Below are positions 26,459 to 44,790 of a stretch of DNA of 64,000 nt, one piece after another. The translations under genes were made by a program, and so were the position numbers. Position 1 is the first letter of the stretch. Every line of letters begins with the position of its first letter. Below the pieces are notes generated by a model that had not been told where the DNA came from, did no database searches, and saw only the letters and a program-made list of their open reading frames with translations. The DNA is from Eledone cirrhosa (Eukaryota): the NCBI GenBank assembly GCA_964016885.1, contig OZ024763.1, positions 10,726,001 to 10,790,000 of the forward strand, written 5' to 3'.

Positions 26459-26980
26459 CATACATATATATATACATACATATATATATACATACATATA
26501 TATATACATACATATATATATACATACATATATATATACATATATATATACATATATATATATATACATACATATATATATATATATATACATACATACA
26601 TATATATATACATACATATATATATACATACATACATATATATATACATACATATATATATATACATACATATATATATACATATATATATACATACATA
26701 TATATATACATACATATATATATATACATACATATATATATATATACATACATATATACATACATATATATATACATACATATATATATATACATACATA
26801 TATATATATACATACATACATATATATATACATACATATATATATACATACATATATATATACATACATATATATATACATACATACATATATATATACA
26901 TACATATATATATACATACATATATATATACATACATATATATATACATATATATATATATACATACATATATATATACA
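25596..26980. repeat. (TA)n/(TACA)n compound microsatellite, ~1.4 kb
   Basis: Direct reading. It abuts the 3' end of the full RTE. Confidence 0.97.
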
Positions 26981-27042
26981 TGATGGCTGCCCCCTCGTTA
27001 TCGAGTATGGCCATTGCACAAAAAAAAAAAAAAAAAAAAAAA

Positions 27043-27076
<34 letters not shown>

Positions 27077-27170
27077 GCAATAATAATAATAGCAATAATA
27101 ATAATAACGACAACAACAATAATAATATACATATTCATATATATATACACACACACGCACGCACATAAGC

Positions 27171-27208
<38 letters not shown>

Positions 27209-30200
27209 GATAGCAACTAACAGTGCTGCGATCGAATGTGGCTTTTTAGCCCAGCCAATGATCCAAAATGTCTTGCACAGAGTCGGCAACCAAAACATTT
27301 ACTGGGAATAGTCGGCTGTGGTTGGAGTTCGTGTACTTTTGCATGTCGCTTGAGTCCTCCTGCTGATTTACATTCTCTACCACATGTTTGGCAAGCATGA
27401 TGAGTAGCATCTCCAACAGCAGCCTGGTAGTCAACCACTGGTCTTACTTTATGACTGCGAAGATGACTTTCGAGTCCAGCTTTGCTTAGGCAGAGTCTCG
27501 CACAGACGCTGCATGTCAGAAACATAGGAGGACCCTCGCCGTCTGGAAGTGCAACAGCAATACCCTTCCTCACGTCCCGCTTTACTTTCTCGTGTGCGAT
27601 TCGAGATGCCTCAAAGGCAACTTTTCCCTCATATACAGTCTTTCTCCATTTATTACGATCAGCAGCAATATTTTCCCATGTATCAGCAGAGATGTTAGCG
27701 TCTTTCAGAGAGGCCTTCAAGGAATCCTTATACCTCTTTTTTGGTTTATGTGGCGGTCGTTTTCCTTTAACCAACTCTCCATAGAAGAGTTGTTTTGGTA
27801 TTCTAGAATCCTTCATCCTGGCAAGGTGACCACTCCAACGGAGTCGCTGCTTAAGCACAAGAGCTTCTATACTGTCACACATAGAGCTTTCCAAAATCTC
27901 GACATCACTGATGTGGTCCCTCCAGCGAACGCCATGTATCCGTCTGAGACACATCTGATGGAAACGCTCCAATTGCTTAAGGTGGCGTCGATATGTGACC
28001 CAGGTCTCGCAGGCATAAAGAAGACAAGAGAGTACACATGCCCTGTACACCCTTACCTTTGTCCTCCTGCATATGTCTCGCCGACCCCAGAGTCGCCTTT
28101 CTAGCTTTCCGAAAGCATCACTTGCTTTCCTAATCCTAAGTGAGATTTCACTGTCAAGGTTGCCGTATCGATTGACAGTGCTTCCCAGGTAGACAAACTG
28201 ATCAACCACTCCAAGTCGTTTGCCATACACATAGATGTTTGGTTCAGTGTACTGCCTACCAGGTGCAGGTTGGTACATGACGACGGTTTTCTTGAGACTG
28301 ACAGTCAAACCCAGGGCAGTGCAAGCGTCAGAAAATACATTCAAAATGTGCTGCATATCACTCTCTGTGTGCGCTACAAGATCGCAATCATCTGCATACA
28401 AGAGGTCTCTTATGACTGATGTAAATACTTTTGTCTTCGCAGCAAAGCGCCTGATGTTAAATATGCTGCCTGAGGTTCGATATCGGATGTAAACACCATG
28501 CTCGCAATTCCTGAATGCAATACAGAAAACCATTGCAAAGTATATGGCAAACAGGGTCGGTGCTGGAATATCCCCCTGTTTCACTCCATTTTTTACTGAG
28601 ATAGGCTCCGACATGTTACCTCCGACATTAACCCAAGCCTTCATGTCGTCATGGAAAGACCTAACTAAAGCAAGGAACTTATCAGGGCAACCAAGTTTCT
28701 GGAGAACCTTCCATAATGCATCTCTGTTGACAGTATCGAAAGCCTTTGTCAGATCGACAAAAACCTGATACAGATCCAAGCCCTGTTCAATGCACTTCTC
28801 CTGGAGCTGTCTAGCTGAGAAGATCACATCAGTAGTGCCGCGTCCAACACGAAAACCAGATTGACTTTCAGGAAGGACACAATCTGCAATGTGTGTCAGC
28901 AGACGGTCCAGAAGCACCCTACATAAAACTTTCCCCACGACAGAAAGCAATGATATACCTCTGTAGTTCCCACAATCATTCCTGTTACCCTTTCCCTTGT
29001 ACAAGACCACCATTACTGCATCTCTCCAGTCCTCAGGCACGGATTCATTAGCCCATATCCTTCCAAACAGAGAGTGAAGATGTTGCAGGAGTCTCTCACC
29101 ACCATATTGTAGGAGCTCAGCATGTATGCCATCCATACCTGGAGATCTTCCACTGTTCAGCTTCGAAATAGCCACTGCAACCTCCACAAGTGTCGGAGGC
29201 TCTGCGAGAGCTACTTTCACAGGACTTTCCGGAATGAGATTGAGGAAATCTTCACTGACGACAGACGGCTGATTCAAAAGATCATCAAAGTGCTCCCGCC
29301 ACCTTCGTAGAATTCCCTGTGAGTCACGAAGAAGTTCTTTGCCATCCCTGCTGCGAATCGGTGTCACCAGAGAAGAAGACGGTCCATAAACCTCACGCAA
29401 GAGACTGTACAACAGCTTTGTGTTATTGCAATCAGACGCAGTTTGTATCTCACCAGCCTTCTCACTCCACCACTGATCCTTCATCTGAGAAAGACTCCGC
29501 CTAACACGTGATTTTACATCCCTGAGCTCCTCATGCAACGTATTCCTCTCCTGTGGTCTTGCCGTCAAGTAGCGTGACAGAGCGCGCCTCTTATCAGCCA
29601 ACAAGTCATCTATATGCACATCTTTCTCATCAAACCAGTCCTGATGTTTTCTCTGCACCAATCCCAGAACACGTCTGCCTACATCATAAACCGACTTTTT
29701 AAGGGTCGGCCAATCCTCACCAAGATCTGCAGCCTGCATCTCTTCTTCCAATGTCCTCTTCACATTTTTATCCTTAAGACGAGCAGCATTCAATCTTTTG
29801 GGCAGGGTAACACCAGGAGCCCGGATTTTACGTTTGGTGATTAGATTCACTTTTGCGCGTACCAGGCGGTGGTCCGTCCAGCACTCAGCTCCACGAAGAA
29901 CACGAACACACCGCACATCCTGTCTGTCACGCATCCTGACTAGGACGTAGTCCAAAAGATGCCATTCCTTAGATGCAGGATGCATCCATGTGGTCTTGAA
30001 TTTGTTCTTTTGTTGGAACATGGTGTTGGTAACACACAGATCCAGCTCCTCACACATCTGCAGCAAGAGCATACCATTGCTGTTACACTTTCCCACCCCA
30101 TGCCTTCCGATTACATTCCATGTGTTAAAATCCCTACCCACTCTAGCATTAAAGTCACCAAGCACGATGACTTTGTCTGCCTGAGGGATATTTCTTAAAA

Positions 30201-31070
30201 CACCTTTCAAGGCATGGTAAAAGGACAGTTTTTCTTCATCGACAGAATTCATAGTTGGAGCATACACACTCACCAGGGTAGCATATCTTCCCTTGTCCAG
30301 CGGAACTCTCATGGACATAAGACGCTCACTAATCCCCACTGGGAATTCTTCCAATTTATTCACCAGTACAGTCTTAACAGCAAATCCTACCCCAGCCTCT
30401 CTTCTGGTTCCTTCATCTCTTCCTTTCCAGAAGAATGTATATTCTCCACAAAATTCCGTAAGATGACCATCTCCAGCTAACCTCGTCTCAGACAAAGCCA
30501 CGATGTCAAGATCGTAACGTCGAAGCTCCTTCGCAACAAGAGCGGTCCTTCGTTCAGGACGCTCCAAAGAATCCCTGTCAAGCAGCGTCCGTACGTTCCA
30601 GCAGCCAAGACTAAATGCCCTGTTTGGCTCTATTACAATGGCACGATGACGGGCGGGCCCAGGTTGTGATAACTTGGGGCCCCTGCCCTTATTGCCAATG
30701 ATCTTTTTTGTTCCAGAACCCAAATTGGCAATTATCTCGTTTACATTGTTCTGGAACATCATTGAATTGGAAAAAAAAAAAAAAAAAAAAAAAAAGGGAG
30801 AAAAAAAAAAAAAAAGTAATAATAATAGTAATAATAATAATAATAATAATACTACACTATTAATAATTATTAATGCACTCGTGCAATGCCTGTGCGTGAC
30901 GAATATTTTTAAAGTGAGGAAAGACTGTGCACTGAACCAATCCCACTCTCTGAGCGACAGTAGCTATAACCCGAAAAGAAGAAAAGATCAACATCATCGG
31001 TAACTACTGAGCCGCAGGTTTTATATCGGAGTTAACCCAGTTTCCTGAGATGCCTTCTCCTAGATGAATG
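26981..31070 (-). mobile_element. Near full-length RTE-clade LINE
   Basis: Single long ORF, 3' tail ggccatactcgataacgagggggcagccatca, and a 5'UTR segment shared with the short derivatives. Confidence 0.9.
27217..30762 (-). CDS. RTE ORF: apurinic endonuclease + reverse transcriptase + 3 C-terminal C2H2 zinc fingers (1181 aa, uninterrupted)
   Basis: APE motifs [20 protein letters not shown] and TDHRLV. RT motifs [23 protein letters not shown] and LYADD. Three CxxC-x12-Hxxx(x)H fingers. Confidence 0.95.
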   Translation of the reverse strand: MMFQNNVNEIIANLGSGTKKIIGNKGRGPKLSQPGPARHRAIVIEPNRAFSLGCWNVRTLLDRDSLERPERRTALVAKELRRYDLDIVALSETRLAGDGHLTEFCGEYTFFWKGRDEGTRREAGVGFAVKTVLVNKLEEFPVGISERLMSMRVPLDKGRYATLVSVYAPTMNSVDEEKLSFYHALKGVLRNIPQADKVIVLGDFNARVGRDFNTWNVIGRHGVGKCNSNGMLLLQMCEELDLCVTNTMFQQKNKFKTTWMHPASKEWHLLDYVLVRMRDRQDVRCVRVLRGAECWTDHRLVRAKVNLITKRKIRAPGVTLPKRLNAARLKDKNVKRTLEEEMQAADLGEDWPTLKKSVYDVGRRVLGLVQRKHQDWFDEKDVHIDDLLADKRRALSRYLTARPQERNTLHEELRDVKSRVRRSLSQMKDQWWSEKAGEIQTASDCNNTKLLYSLLREVYGPSSSLVTPIRSRDGKELLRDSQGILRRWREHFDDLLNQPSVVSEDFLNLIPESPVKVALAEPPTLVEVAVAISKLNSGRSPGMDGIHAELLQYGGERLLQHLHSLFGRIWANESVPEDWRDAVMVVLYKGKGNRNDCGNYRGISLLSVVGKVLCRVLLDRLLTHIADCVLPESQSGFRVGRGTTDVIFSARQLQEKCIEQGLDLYQVFVDLTKAFDTVNRDALWKVLQKLGCPDKFLALVRSFHDDMKAWVNVGGNMSEPISVKNGVKQGDIPAPTLFAIYFAMVFCIAFRNCEHGVYIRYRTSGSIFNIRRFAAKTKVFTSVIRDLLYADDCDLVAHTESDMQHILNVFSDACTALGLTVSLKKTVVMYQPAPGRQYTEPNIYVYGKRLGVVDQFVYLGSTVNRYGNLDSEISLRIRKASDAFGKLERRLWGRRDICRRTKVRVYRACVLSCLLYACETWVTYRRHLKQLERFHQMCLRRIHGVRWRDHISDVEILESSMCDSIEALVLKQRLRWSGHLARMKDSRIPKQLFYGELVKGKRPPHKPKKRYKDSLKASLKDANISADTWENIAADRNKWRKTVYEGKVAFEASRIAHEKVKRDVRKGIAVALPDGEGPPMFLTCSVCARLCLSKAGLESHLRSHKVRPVVDYQAAVGDATHHACQTCGRECKSAGGLKRHAKVHELQPQPTIPSKCFGCRLCARHFGSLAGLKSHIRSQHC

Positions 31071-31357
31071 TATATATATATATGTGTGTGTATGTATATG
31101 TGTGTATATACATCACTCAGTCAAACAACCAGATTTCAACCCCAACATCTACAACAACAACAACACCGGCCCTAATGTTTACAGCAACAACAGCTTCAGA
31201 ATGAACTGAAATGAACATTTACAACAATTACAACAACAACAACAACAGCGGCATCAAAACATAAAAAAAGGAAGGGAAAAGAAAAAAGAAAAGGGAAGGG
31301 GAAAAAAAAAAAAAGGAGAAAAAAAAGAAAGGAAAAAAAAAAAAAAAAAAAAAAACT

Positions 31358-35702
<4,345 letters not shown>

Positions 35703-35720
35703 GTGTCTGTGTGTGTGTGA

Positions 35721-38700
35721 ATAGGCTGACCAAGATACTCTCATGGAATGACCAAATGAGGTTTATTTTTCCACATGCAAGATTGCAGAGCTCTAGCATC
35801 ATTCCTTCATAGGCTGACCAAGATACTCTCACGGAATGACCAAATGAGGTTTATTTTTCCACATACAAGATTGCACAGCTCTAGCATCACTCCTTCATAG
35901 GCTGACCAAGATACTCTCATGGAATGACCAAATGAGGTTTATTTTTCCACATGCAAGATTGCAGAGCTCTAGCATCACTCCTTCATAGGCTGACCAAGAT
36001 ACTCTCATGGAATGACCAAATGAGGTTTATTTTTCCACATGCAAGATTGCAGAGCTCTAGCATCATTCCTTCATAGGCTGACCAAGATACTCTCACGGAA
36101 TGACCAAATGAGGTTTATTTTTCAACATGCAAGATTGCACAGCTCTAGCATCACTCCTTCATAGTTGGCTTATGAACTTTTAAGCCTACCTTCTTATATG
36201 CAAACAATGTATTTATTAAATATACAAATAATTACTAAGAAATTCGAAAAAGTTTTTGCACCCATTTTTGCCATTAAGTAAAGACGGAGTTATCGTTCTT
36301 GAGATTTCGGCTCCGACAAATTTAAGGAACTGATGTCGCTAAATCGCCAAATCATTTACCTGCCCCGTTGCATCATGGGAGGGTAATGGCTGCCTTTTAT
36401 CTTTCAAAAACCATGGCAGTCTTTTCAATATCTTTCTCGCCAAAATGTTTTAATTATTTACTTATATGAAACAAGGAACAAGATACTGCGAAAGAAACTA
36501 AAGAATCTGCCATCGTTTAAAAAATAAAAGGCAGCCATTACCCTCCCATGATGCAACGGGGCAGGTAAATGATTTGGCGATTTAGCGACATCAGTTCCTT
36601 AAATTTCTCCGAGCCGAAATCTCAAGAACGATAACTCCGTCTTTACTTAATCGCAAAAATGGGTGCAAAAATTATGACGAATTTCTTTATATTGACACAA
36701 TTGTTGCATGAATTAAAAACTGAATTTAAAGTATTTTATGTACATTTTTTAACTGTAGCAATAGTAATTATTTGTATATTAAATAAACACATTGTTTACA
36801 TATACGAAGGTAGGCTGAAAAGTTCATAGACTCACTATGAAGGATTGATGCTAAAGCTGTGAAATCTTGCATGTTGAAAAATAAATCCCATTTGGTCATT
36901 CCGTGAGAGTATCTTGGTCAGCCTATGAAGGAGTGATGCTAGGGCTGTGAAATCTTGCATGTTAAAAAATAAACCTCATTTGGTCATTCAGTGTGAGTAT
37001 CTTGGTCAGCCTATGAAGGAGTGATGCTAGAGCAGTGAAATCTTGCATGTTGAAAAATAAATCTCATTTGGTCATTCCGTGAGAGTATCTTGGTCAGCCT
37101 ATGAAGGATTGATGCTAGAGCTGTGAAATCTTGCATGTTGAAAAATAAACCTCATTTGGTCATTCAGTGTGAGTATCTTGGTCAGCCTATGAAGGAGTGA
37201 TGCTAGAGCTGTGAAATCTTGCATGTTGAAAAATAAACTTCATTTGGTCATTCCATGAGAGTATCTTAGTCAGCCTATGAAGGAGTGATGCTAGAGCTAT
37301 GCAATCTTGCATGTGGAAAAATAAACCTCATTTGGTCATTCCATGAGAGTCTTTTGGTCAGCCTATGAAGGAGTGATGCTAGAGCTGTGCAATCTTGCAT
37401 GTGGAAAAATAAACCTCATTTGGCCATTCCATGAGAGTATCTTGGTCAGCCTATGAAGGAGTGATGCTAGAGCTGTGAAATCTTGCAGGTTGAAAAATAA
37501 ACTGGCATCACTCCTTCATAGGCTTACCAAGATACTCTCATGGAATGACTAAATGAGGTTTATTTTTCAAAATGCTAGATTTTACAGCTCTAGCATCACT
37601 CCTTCATAGGCTGACCAAGATACTCTCATGGAATGACCAAATGAGGTTTATTTTTCCACATACAAGATTGCACAGCTCTAGCATCACTCCTTTATAGGCT
37701 GACCAAGATACTCTCATGGAATGACCAAATGAGGTTTATTTTTCAACATGCAAGATTTTACAGCTCTAGCATCACTCCTTCATAGACTCACCAAGATACT
37801 CTCATGGAATGATCAAATTAGGTTTATTTTTCAACATGCAAGGTTTCACAGCTCTAGCATCACTCCTTCATAGGTTGACCAAGATACTCTCACGGAATGA
37901 CCAAATGAGGTTTATTTTTCCACATACAAGATTGCACAGCTCTAGCATCACTCCTTCATAGGCTGACCAAGATACTCTCATGGATGACCAAATGAGGTTT
38001 ATTTTTCCACATACAAGATTGCACAGCTCTAGCATCACTCCTTCATAGGCTGACCAAGATACTCTCATGGAATGACCAAATGAGGTTTATTTTTCCACAT
38101 ACAAGATTGGACAGCTCTAGCATCACTCCTTTATAGGCTGACCAAGATACTCTCATGGAATGACCAAATGAGGTTTATTTTTCAACATGCAAGATTTCAC
38201 AGCTCTAGCAACACTCCTTCATAGACTGACCAAGATACTCTCATGGAATGACCAAATTAGGTTTATTTTTCAACATGCAAGATTTCACAGCTCTAGCATC
38301 ACTCCTTCATAGGTTGACCAAGATACTCTCACGGAATGACCAAATGAGGTTTATTTTTCCACATACAAGATTGCACAGCTCTAGCATCACTCCTTCATAG
38401 GCTGACCGAGATACTCTCATGGAATGACTAAATGAGGTTTATTTTTCCACATGCAAGATTGCACAGCTCTAGCATCACTCCTTCATAGGCTGACCAAGAT
38501 ACTCTCATGGAATGACCAAATGAGGTTTATTTTTCAACATGCAAGATTTCACAGCTCTAGCATCACTCCTTCATAGGCTGACCAAGATACTCTCATGGAA
38601 TGACCAAATGAGGTTTATTTTTCCACATACAAGATTGCACAGCTCTAGCATCACTCCTTCATAGGCTGACCAAGATACTCTCATGGAATGACCAAATGAG

Positions 38701-41700
38701 GTTTATTTTTCCACATACAAGATTGCACAGCTCTAGCATCACTCCTTCATAGGCTGACCAAGATACTCTCATGGAATGACCAAATGAGGTTTATTTTTCC
38801 ACATGCAAGATTGCAGAGCTCTAGCATCACTCCTTCATAGGCTGACCAAGATACTCTCATGGAATGACCAAATGAGGTTTATTTTTCCACATGCAAGATT
38901 GCAGAGCTCTAGCATCATTCCTTCATAGGCTGACCAAGATACTCTCACGGAATGACCAAATGAGGTTTATTTTTCCACATACAAGATTGCACAGCTCTAG
39001 CATCACTCCTTCATAGGCTGACCAAGATACTCTCATGGAATGACCAAATGAGGTTTATTTTTCCACATGCAAGATTGCAGAGCTCTAGCATCACTCCTTC
39101 ATAGGCTGACCAAGATACTCTCATGGAATGACCAAATGAGGTTTATTTTTCCACATGCAAAATTGCAGAGCTCTAGCATCATTCCTTCATAGGCTGACCA
39201 AGATACTCTCACGGAATGACCAAATGAGGTTTATTTTTCAACATGCAAGATTGCACAGCTCTAGCATCACTCCTTCATAGTTGGCCTATGAACTTTTAAG
39301 CCTACCTTCTTATATGCAAACAACGTAAGTATTTAATATACAAATAATTACTAAGAAATTCGAAATAGTTTTTGCACCCATTTTTGCGATTAAGTAAAGA
39401 CGGAGTTATCGTTCTTGAGATTTCGGCTCGTACAAATTTAAGGAACTGATGTCGCTAAATCGCCAAATCATTTACCTGCCCCGTTGCATCATGGGAGGGT
39501 AATGGCTGCCTTTTATCTTTCAAAAACCATGGCAGTCTTTTCAATATCTTTCTCGCCAAAATGTTTTAATTATTTACTTATATGAAACAAGGAACAAAAT
39601 GCTGCGAAAGAAACTAAAGAATCTGCCATCTTTTTAAAAAAATAAAAGGCAGCCATTACCCTCCCATGAGGCAACGGGGCAGGTAAATGATTTGGCGATT
39701 TAGCGACATCAGTTCCTTAAATTTCTCCGAGCCGAAATCTCAAGAACGATAACTCTGTCTTTACTTAATCGCAAAAATGGGTGCAAAAACTATTTCGAAT
39801 TTCTTTTATTGACACAATTGTTGCATGAATTAAAAACTGAATTTAAAGTATTTTATGTACATTTTTTAACTGTAGCAATAGTAATTATTTGTATATTAAA
39901 TAAATACATTGTTTACATATACGAAGGTAGGCTGAAAAGTTCATAGGCTCACTATGAAGGAGTGATGCTAGGGTGTGAAATCTTGCATGTTGAAAAATAA
40001 ACTTCATTTGGTCATTCCATGAGAGTATCTTAGTCAGCCTATGAAGGATTGATGCTAGAGCTGTGCAATCTTGCATGTGGAAAAATAAACCTCATTTGGT
40101 CATTCCATGAGAGTATCTTGGTCAGCCTATGAAGGAGTGATGCTAGAGCTGTGCAATCTTGCATGTGGAAAAATAAACCTCATTTGGTCATTCCATGAGA
40201 GTATCTTGGTCAGCCTATGAAGGAGTGATGCTAGAACTGTGAAATCTTGCAGGTTGAAAAATAAACTGGCATCACTCCTTCATAGGCTGACCAAGATACT
40301 CTCATGGAATGACTAAATGAGGTTTATTTTTCAACATGCAAGATTTTACAGCTCTCGCATCACTCCTTCATAGGCTGACCAAGATACTCTCATGGAATGA
40401 CCAAATGAGGTGTATTTTTCCACATACAAGATTGCACAGCTCTAGCATCACTCCTTTATAGGCTGACCAAGATACTCTCATGGAATGACCAAATGAGGTT
40501 TATTTTTCAACATGCAAGATTTCACAGCTCTAGCATCACTCCTTCATAGACTGACCAAGATACTCTCATGGAATGACCAAATTAGGTTTATTTTTCAACA
40601 TGCAAGATTTCACAGCCCTAGCATCACTCCTTCATAGGTTGACCAAGATACTCTCACGGAATGACCAAATGAGGTTTATTTTTCCACATACAAGATTGCA
40701 CAGCTCTAGCATCACTCCTTCATAGGCTGACCGAGATACTCTCATGGAATGACTAATTGAGGTTTATTTTTCCACATGCAAGATTGCACAGCTCTAGCAT
40801 CACTCCTTCATAGGCTGACCAAGATACTCTCATGGAATGACCAAATGAGGTTTATTTTTCAACATGCAAGATTGCACAGCTCTAGCATCACTCCTTCATA
40901 GGCTGACCAAGATACTATCACGGAATGACCAAATGAGGTTTATTTTTCAACATGCAAGATTGCACAGCTCTAGCATCACTCCTTCATAGTTGGCCTATGA
41001 ACTTTTAAGCCTACCTTCTTATATGCAAACAATGTATTTATTTAATATACAAATAATTACTAAGAAATTCGAAATAGTTTTTGCACCCATTTTTGCGATT
41101 AAGTAAAGGCGGAGTTATCGTTCTTGAGATTTCGGCTCGGACAAATTTAAGGAACTGATGTCGCTAAATCGCTAAATCATTTACCTGCCCCGTTGCATCA
41201 TGGGAGGGTAATGGCTGCCTTTTATTTTTCAAAAACCATGGCAGTCTTTTCAATATCTTTCTCGCCAAAATGTTTTAATTATTTACTTATATGAAACAAG
41301 GAACAAAATGCTGCGAAAGAAACTAAAGAATCTGCCATCGTTTAAAAAATAAAAGGCAGCTATTACCCTCCCATGATGCAACGGGGCAGGTAAATGATTT
41401 GGCGATTTAGCGACATCAGTTCCTTAAATTTGTACGAGCCGAAATCTCAAGAACAATAACTCCGTCTTTACTTAATCGCAAAAATGGGTGCAAAAATTAT
41501 TTCGAATTTCTTTAACTATTGACACAATTGTTGCATGAATTAAAAACTGAATTTAAAGCATTTTTCGTACATTTTTTAACTGTAGCAATAGTAATTATTT
41601 GTATATTAAATAAATACATTGTTTACATATACGAAGGTAGGCTGAAAAGTTCATAGGCTCACTATGAAGGAGTGATGCTAGGGTGTGAAATCTTGCATGT

Positions 41701-41848
41701 TGAAAAATAAACCTCATTTGGTCATTCCATGAGAGTATCTTGGTCAGCCTATGAAGGAGTGATGCTAGAGCTGTGAAATCTTGCATGTTGGAAAATAAAC
41801 CTCATTTCGTCATTCCATGAGAGTATCTTGGTCAGCCTACCCTCGTAT
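35721..41848. repeat. Higher-order array: 88-bp MITE-derived repeats in alternating orientation around three copies of a ~600-bp palindromic spacer
   Basis: Spacers at ~36200-36800, 39315-39920 and 41025-41628. The identical strand-flip junction ataaactggcatcactcc occurs at ~37497 and ~40261. Confidence 0.9.
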
Positions 41849-42350
41849 ATTATATATATCATTGAACTTGTTCTAAATAATTCCAGTGTCACTACTCTGT
41901 GATTTGAGGGATATTTAGTCGCCATTTCTAGTATTTTTAACCATTGAAGAGGGTTTTCATTAGTTTTGTAAGGTATTGTAGGGTAAACTGTTGAATATGG
42001 CATATATTTGAGGGTTGTTTAACCACTAAAACTATCATTATTTATAATATTTCAGTGGCTGCCATTTCTAGCATTGAGTAGACTCCTCGTTCTGTTGTCT
42101 TTCATCTAAGGGAAATAACTCATTCAACTTACTATTTTGTAAAATCATACCTTTCACTTTACTAAGTTGCTTTCTTGATAACTTTCACAATTGTACAGAT
42201 TATTAATTGAGATTTTGTAGGGATACTTTAAGGTCGCAGAAGTTGATGATTTTTCTAATCGACTAACACTGATTTTTCTGGAGTCGGTGTTAGTCGTTTA
42301 GTTTACATATTGAGAACCACGTAATACACACACACATATAAATACGTATA
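41849..42350 (+). repeat. Direct duplicate of ~24283-24790
   Basis: The flanks are near-identical (tgtcactactctgtgatttgagggatatttagtcgcc ... aaggtcgcagaagttgatg). Confidence 0.9.
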
Positions 42351-42441
42351 TATATACATAGTTATATATACGTATATATATATATTTATATATACATAGT
42401 TATATATATATATATATATATATATATACGTATATTGTGAA

Positions 42442-42560
42442 GGCGTGTGGCTGAGTGGTTAGAGAATTGGATTCGCAATCGTAAGGTTGTGAGTTCGATT
42501 CCTGGACCAGGCGATGCGTTATGTCCTTGAGCAAGACACTTTATTTCACGTTGCTCCTTC
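42442..42560 (+). mobile_element. tRNA-derived SINE head
   Basis: Box A tggctgagtgg, box B gttcgattcc, followed by the gtccttgagcaagacacttt core. Confidence 0.8.
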
Positions 42561-42724
42561 TACCTGGAGTTGCGACCGATAGATAGTATTAGCAATTGGA
42601 AAGACCAACGGAAACATTGTTCCCTCGGTCCGATTTGACGAAAGTCGATCGTTCCTCATATATATATATATACATAGTTATATATACGTATATATAGATA
42701 TTTATATATATATATACATATGAG

Positions 42725-44605
42725 GTGTTCAGGATTGCTAGGCAATGTGTCAAGGGAAACCGTGATATTGTCGGGGAGAAGTGTGTACTTAATGATGACG
42801 GTGTACTTGCCATCACTGATAAGAAGGTAGCTTGGAAGTATCACTACGAAAGGCTACTAAATGAGGAGAATAAATGGGAGAAAGACAGTCTCCCCCACAT
42901 CGACCCAATAGAGGGACCAGCAGTGTTAGTCGAAGGTAGTATAATAAGTAAGGCAATCAAAGATATAAAGATGGGTAAGGCGGCTGGGCCTTCGGAAATA
43001 GTTGCTGAAATGCTGAAAGCTTCTGGAACGGTGGGACACACCATGGTCACCTGGAGAGTAAACCAAGTCATACAGAATGGGGTTATTCCGAAGGACTAGC
43101 ATAGCATCATCATTAACTGCTACAAGGGTAAAGGAGATGCCCTAGATAGGAGTAACTATAGAGGCATTAAATTAATCGACCAGGTCATGAAGGTCACAGA
43201 AAAAGTAATAGCGCAACTAATCAGAGAGAGAATTGATCTAGATGACATGCAGTTCGGGTTTGTGTCAGGTAAAAGTACCACAGACGCTCTTTTCATTGTA
43301 CGACAACTACAAGAGAAGTACCTAGCTAAAAGTAAACCCCTATACTTTGCTTTTGTCGACTTGGAGAAAGCCTTCGACAGAGTCCCCCGTTCCATTATCT
43401 GGTGGGCCCTTAGAAAACTAGGTATTGATGAATGGCTTGTGAGAGCTATACAAGCCATGTATAAAGAAAAAGTCAGCAAGGTTAGAATTAACAACGAATA
43501 TAGTGAAGAGTTTAGCGTAAAAGTTGGTGCTCATCAGGGGTCTCCGTTCTTAGCCCCCTACTATTTATTATTGCCCTTCAGGCTATAACAGTGGAGTTCA
43601 AGACCGGCTGCCCATGGGAACTCCTATACGCAGATGATCTAACGCTCATAGCTGAATCAATGGCCGAACTAGAGAAGAAATTCCAAACATGGAAGCATGG
43701 CCTAGAATCAAAAGGCCTTAAAATTAACCTGTCTAAGACTAAAGTTCTAGTTTGTAGGAAGGAAAATAGGGCGCCGGTCCCATCCGGGAAATGGCCATGC
43801 TCAGTGTGTAGGAAAGGAGTAGGCAGAAACTCCATTTTATGTCCCAAATGCAAAGTATGGGTGCATAAAAGATGTAGTGGGATCACAGGTAAGCTAACTA
43901 AGAACATAGATTTTATATGTGGCCGGTGCTCTGGTGCAATAAGTAGCAGCAAGTACCCACAGAATACTAGCTCTTTCAATTGCACAGATGGTTCTATAGA
44001 AATAGTGGACAGCTTCCGTTACCTGGGTGACAAAATCAGCAGTGGGGGAGGGTGCTCTGAAAGTACAGTAGCTAGAGTCAGAACTGGATGGAAAAAGTTC
44101 AGAGAGCTTATACCACTATTGGCCGCTAAAGGGTTCTCTCTAAAAATGAAAGGCAGGTTATACGATGCCTGCATACGAACAGCAATGCTGCATGGCAGTG
44201 AGACCTGGGCATTGTGTGCAGAGGATATACGCAGACTGGAGAGGAACGAAGCTTGCATGCTCCGCTGGATGTGTAATAGTAATATACGTGAACGGCAAAG
44301 CATAAACGAACTAAGGGAAAATTAGAAATAAGAGGGATCAGATGTTTACTCGAGAGAAGGCTACGTTGGTACGGTCACGTGATGCGAATGAAAGACGACA
44401 GCTGTATAAAAAAGTGCAGGGCGATAAAAATAGACGGTAGCCACGGAGTAGGCAGACCCAGAAAAACCTGGGACAACTTGATAAATTCCGACCTCACACA
44501 CACCTCTCCAAGACAATGTCACTGGACCGAGATCTTTGGCGCTACACAGTAATAGAGAAGACCCGCCTTACCTAAATACAAAGTAAAACCTACTACAGTC
44601 AGTAG
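42725..44605 (+). mobile_element. 5'-truncated, frameshifted RTE LINE (second family) with a PHD-like Cys/His insert
   Basis: NYRGIKL, FVDLEKAFDRVP, GAHQGS and LLYADDL motifs, then CSVCRKGVGRNSILCPKCKVWVHKRC...CGRC. Stops and frameshifts are present. Confidence 0.9.
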
Positions 44606-44639
44606 GCATCTCTAACAAAATACACCCCACACTTGTCAA

Positions 44640-44790
44640 CATGAGAAACATTGTTCTTCTCCATGATAACGTAAAGCCACATTCAGCAGGAATCATGCAG
44701 GAAGAAATCTCTGATTTCGGCTGGTCTGTTCTACCCCATCCACCATATCCACCAGACCTCGCACCAAGAGATTTCCATCTTTTTTTGTTA
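44640..44790 (+). mobile_element. mariner transposase fragment
   Basis: IVLLHDNVKPH...WSVLPHPPYPPDLAPRDFHLF, matching the HDNA.PH and YSPDLAP.D motifs. Confidence 0.85.

Noticed and set aside
42442-42520. Possible tRNA gene
   Set aside because: It runs directly into a SINE core repeated elsewhere in the window, and no clean acceptor stem is evident.
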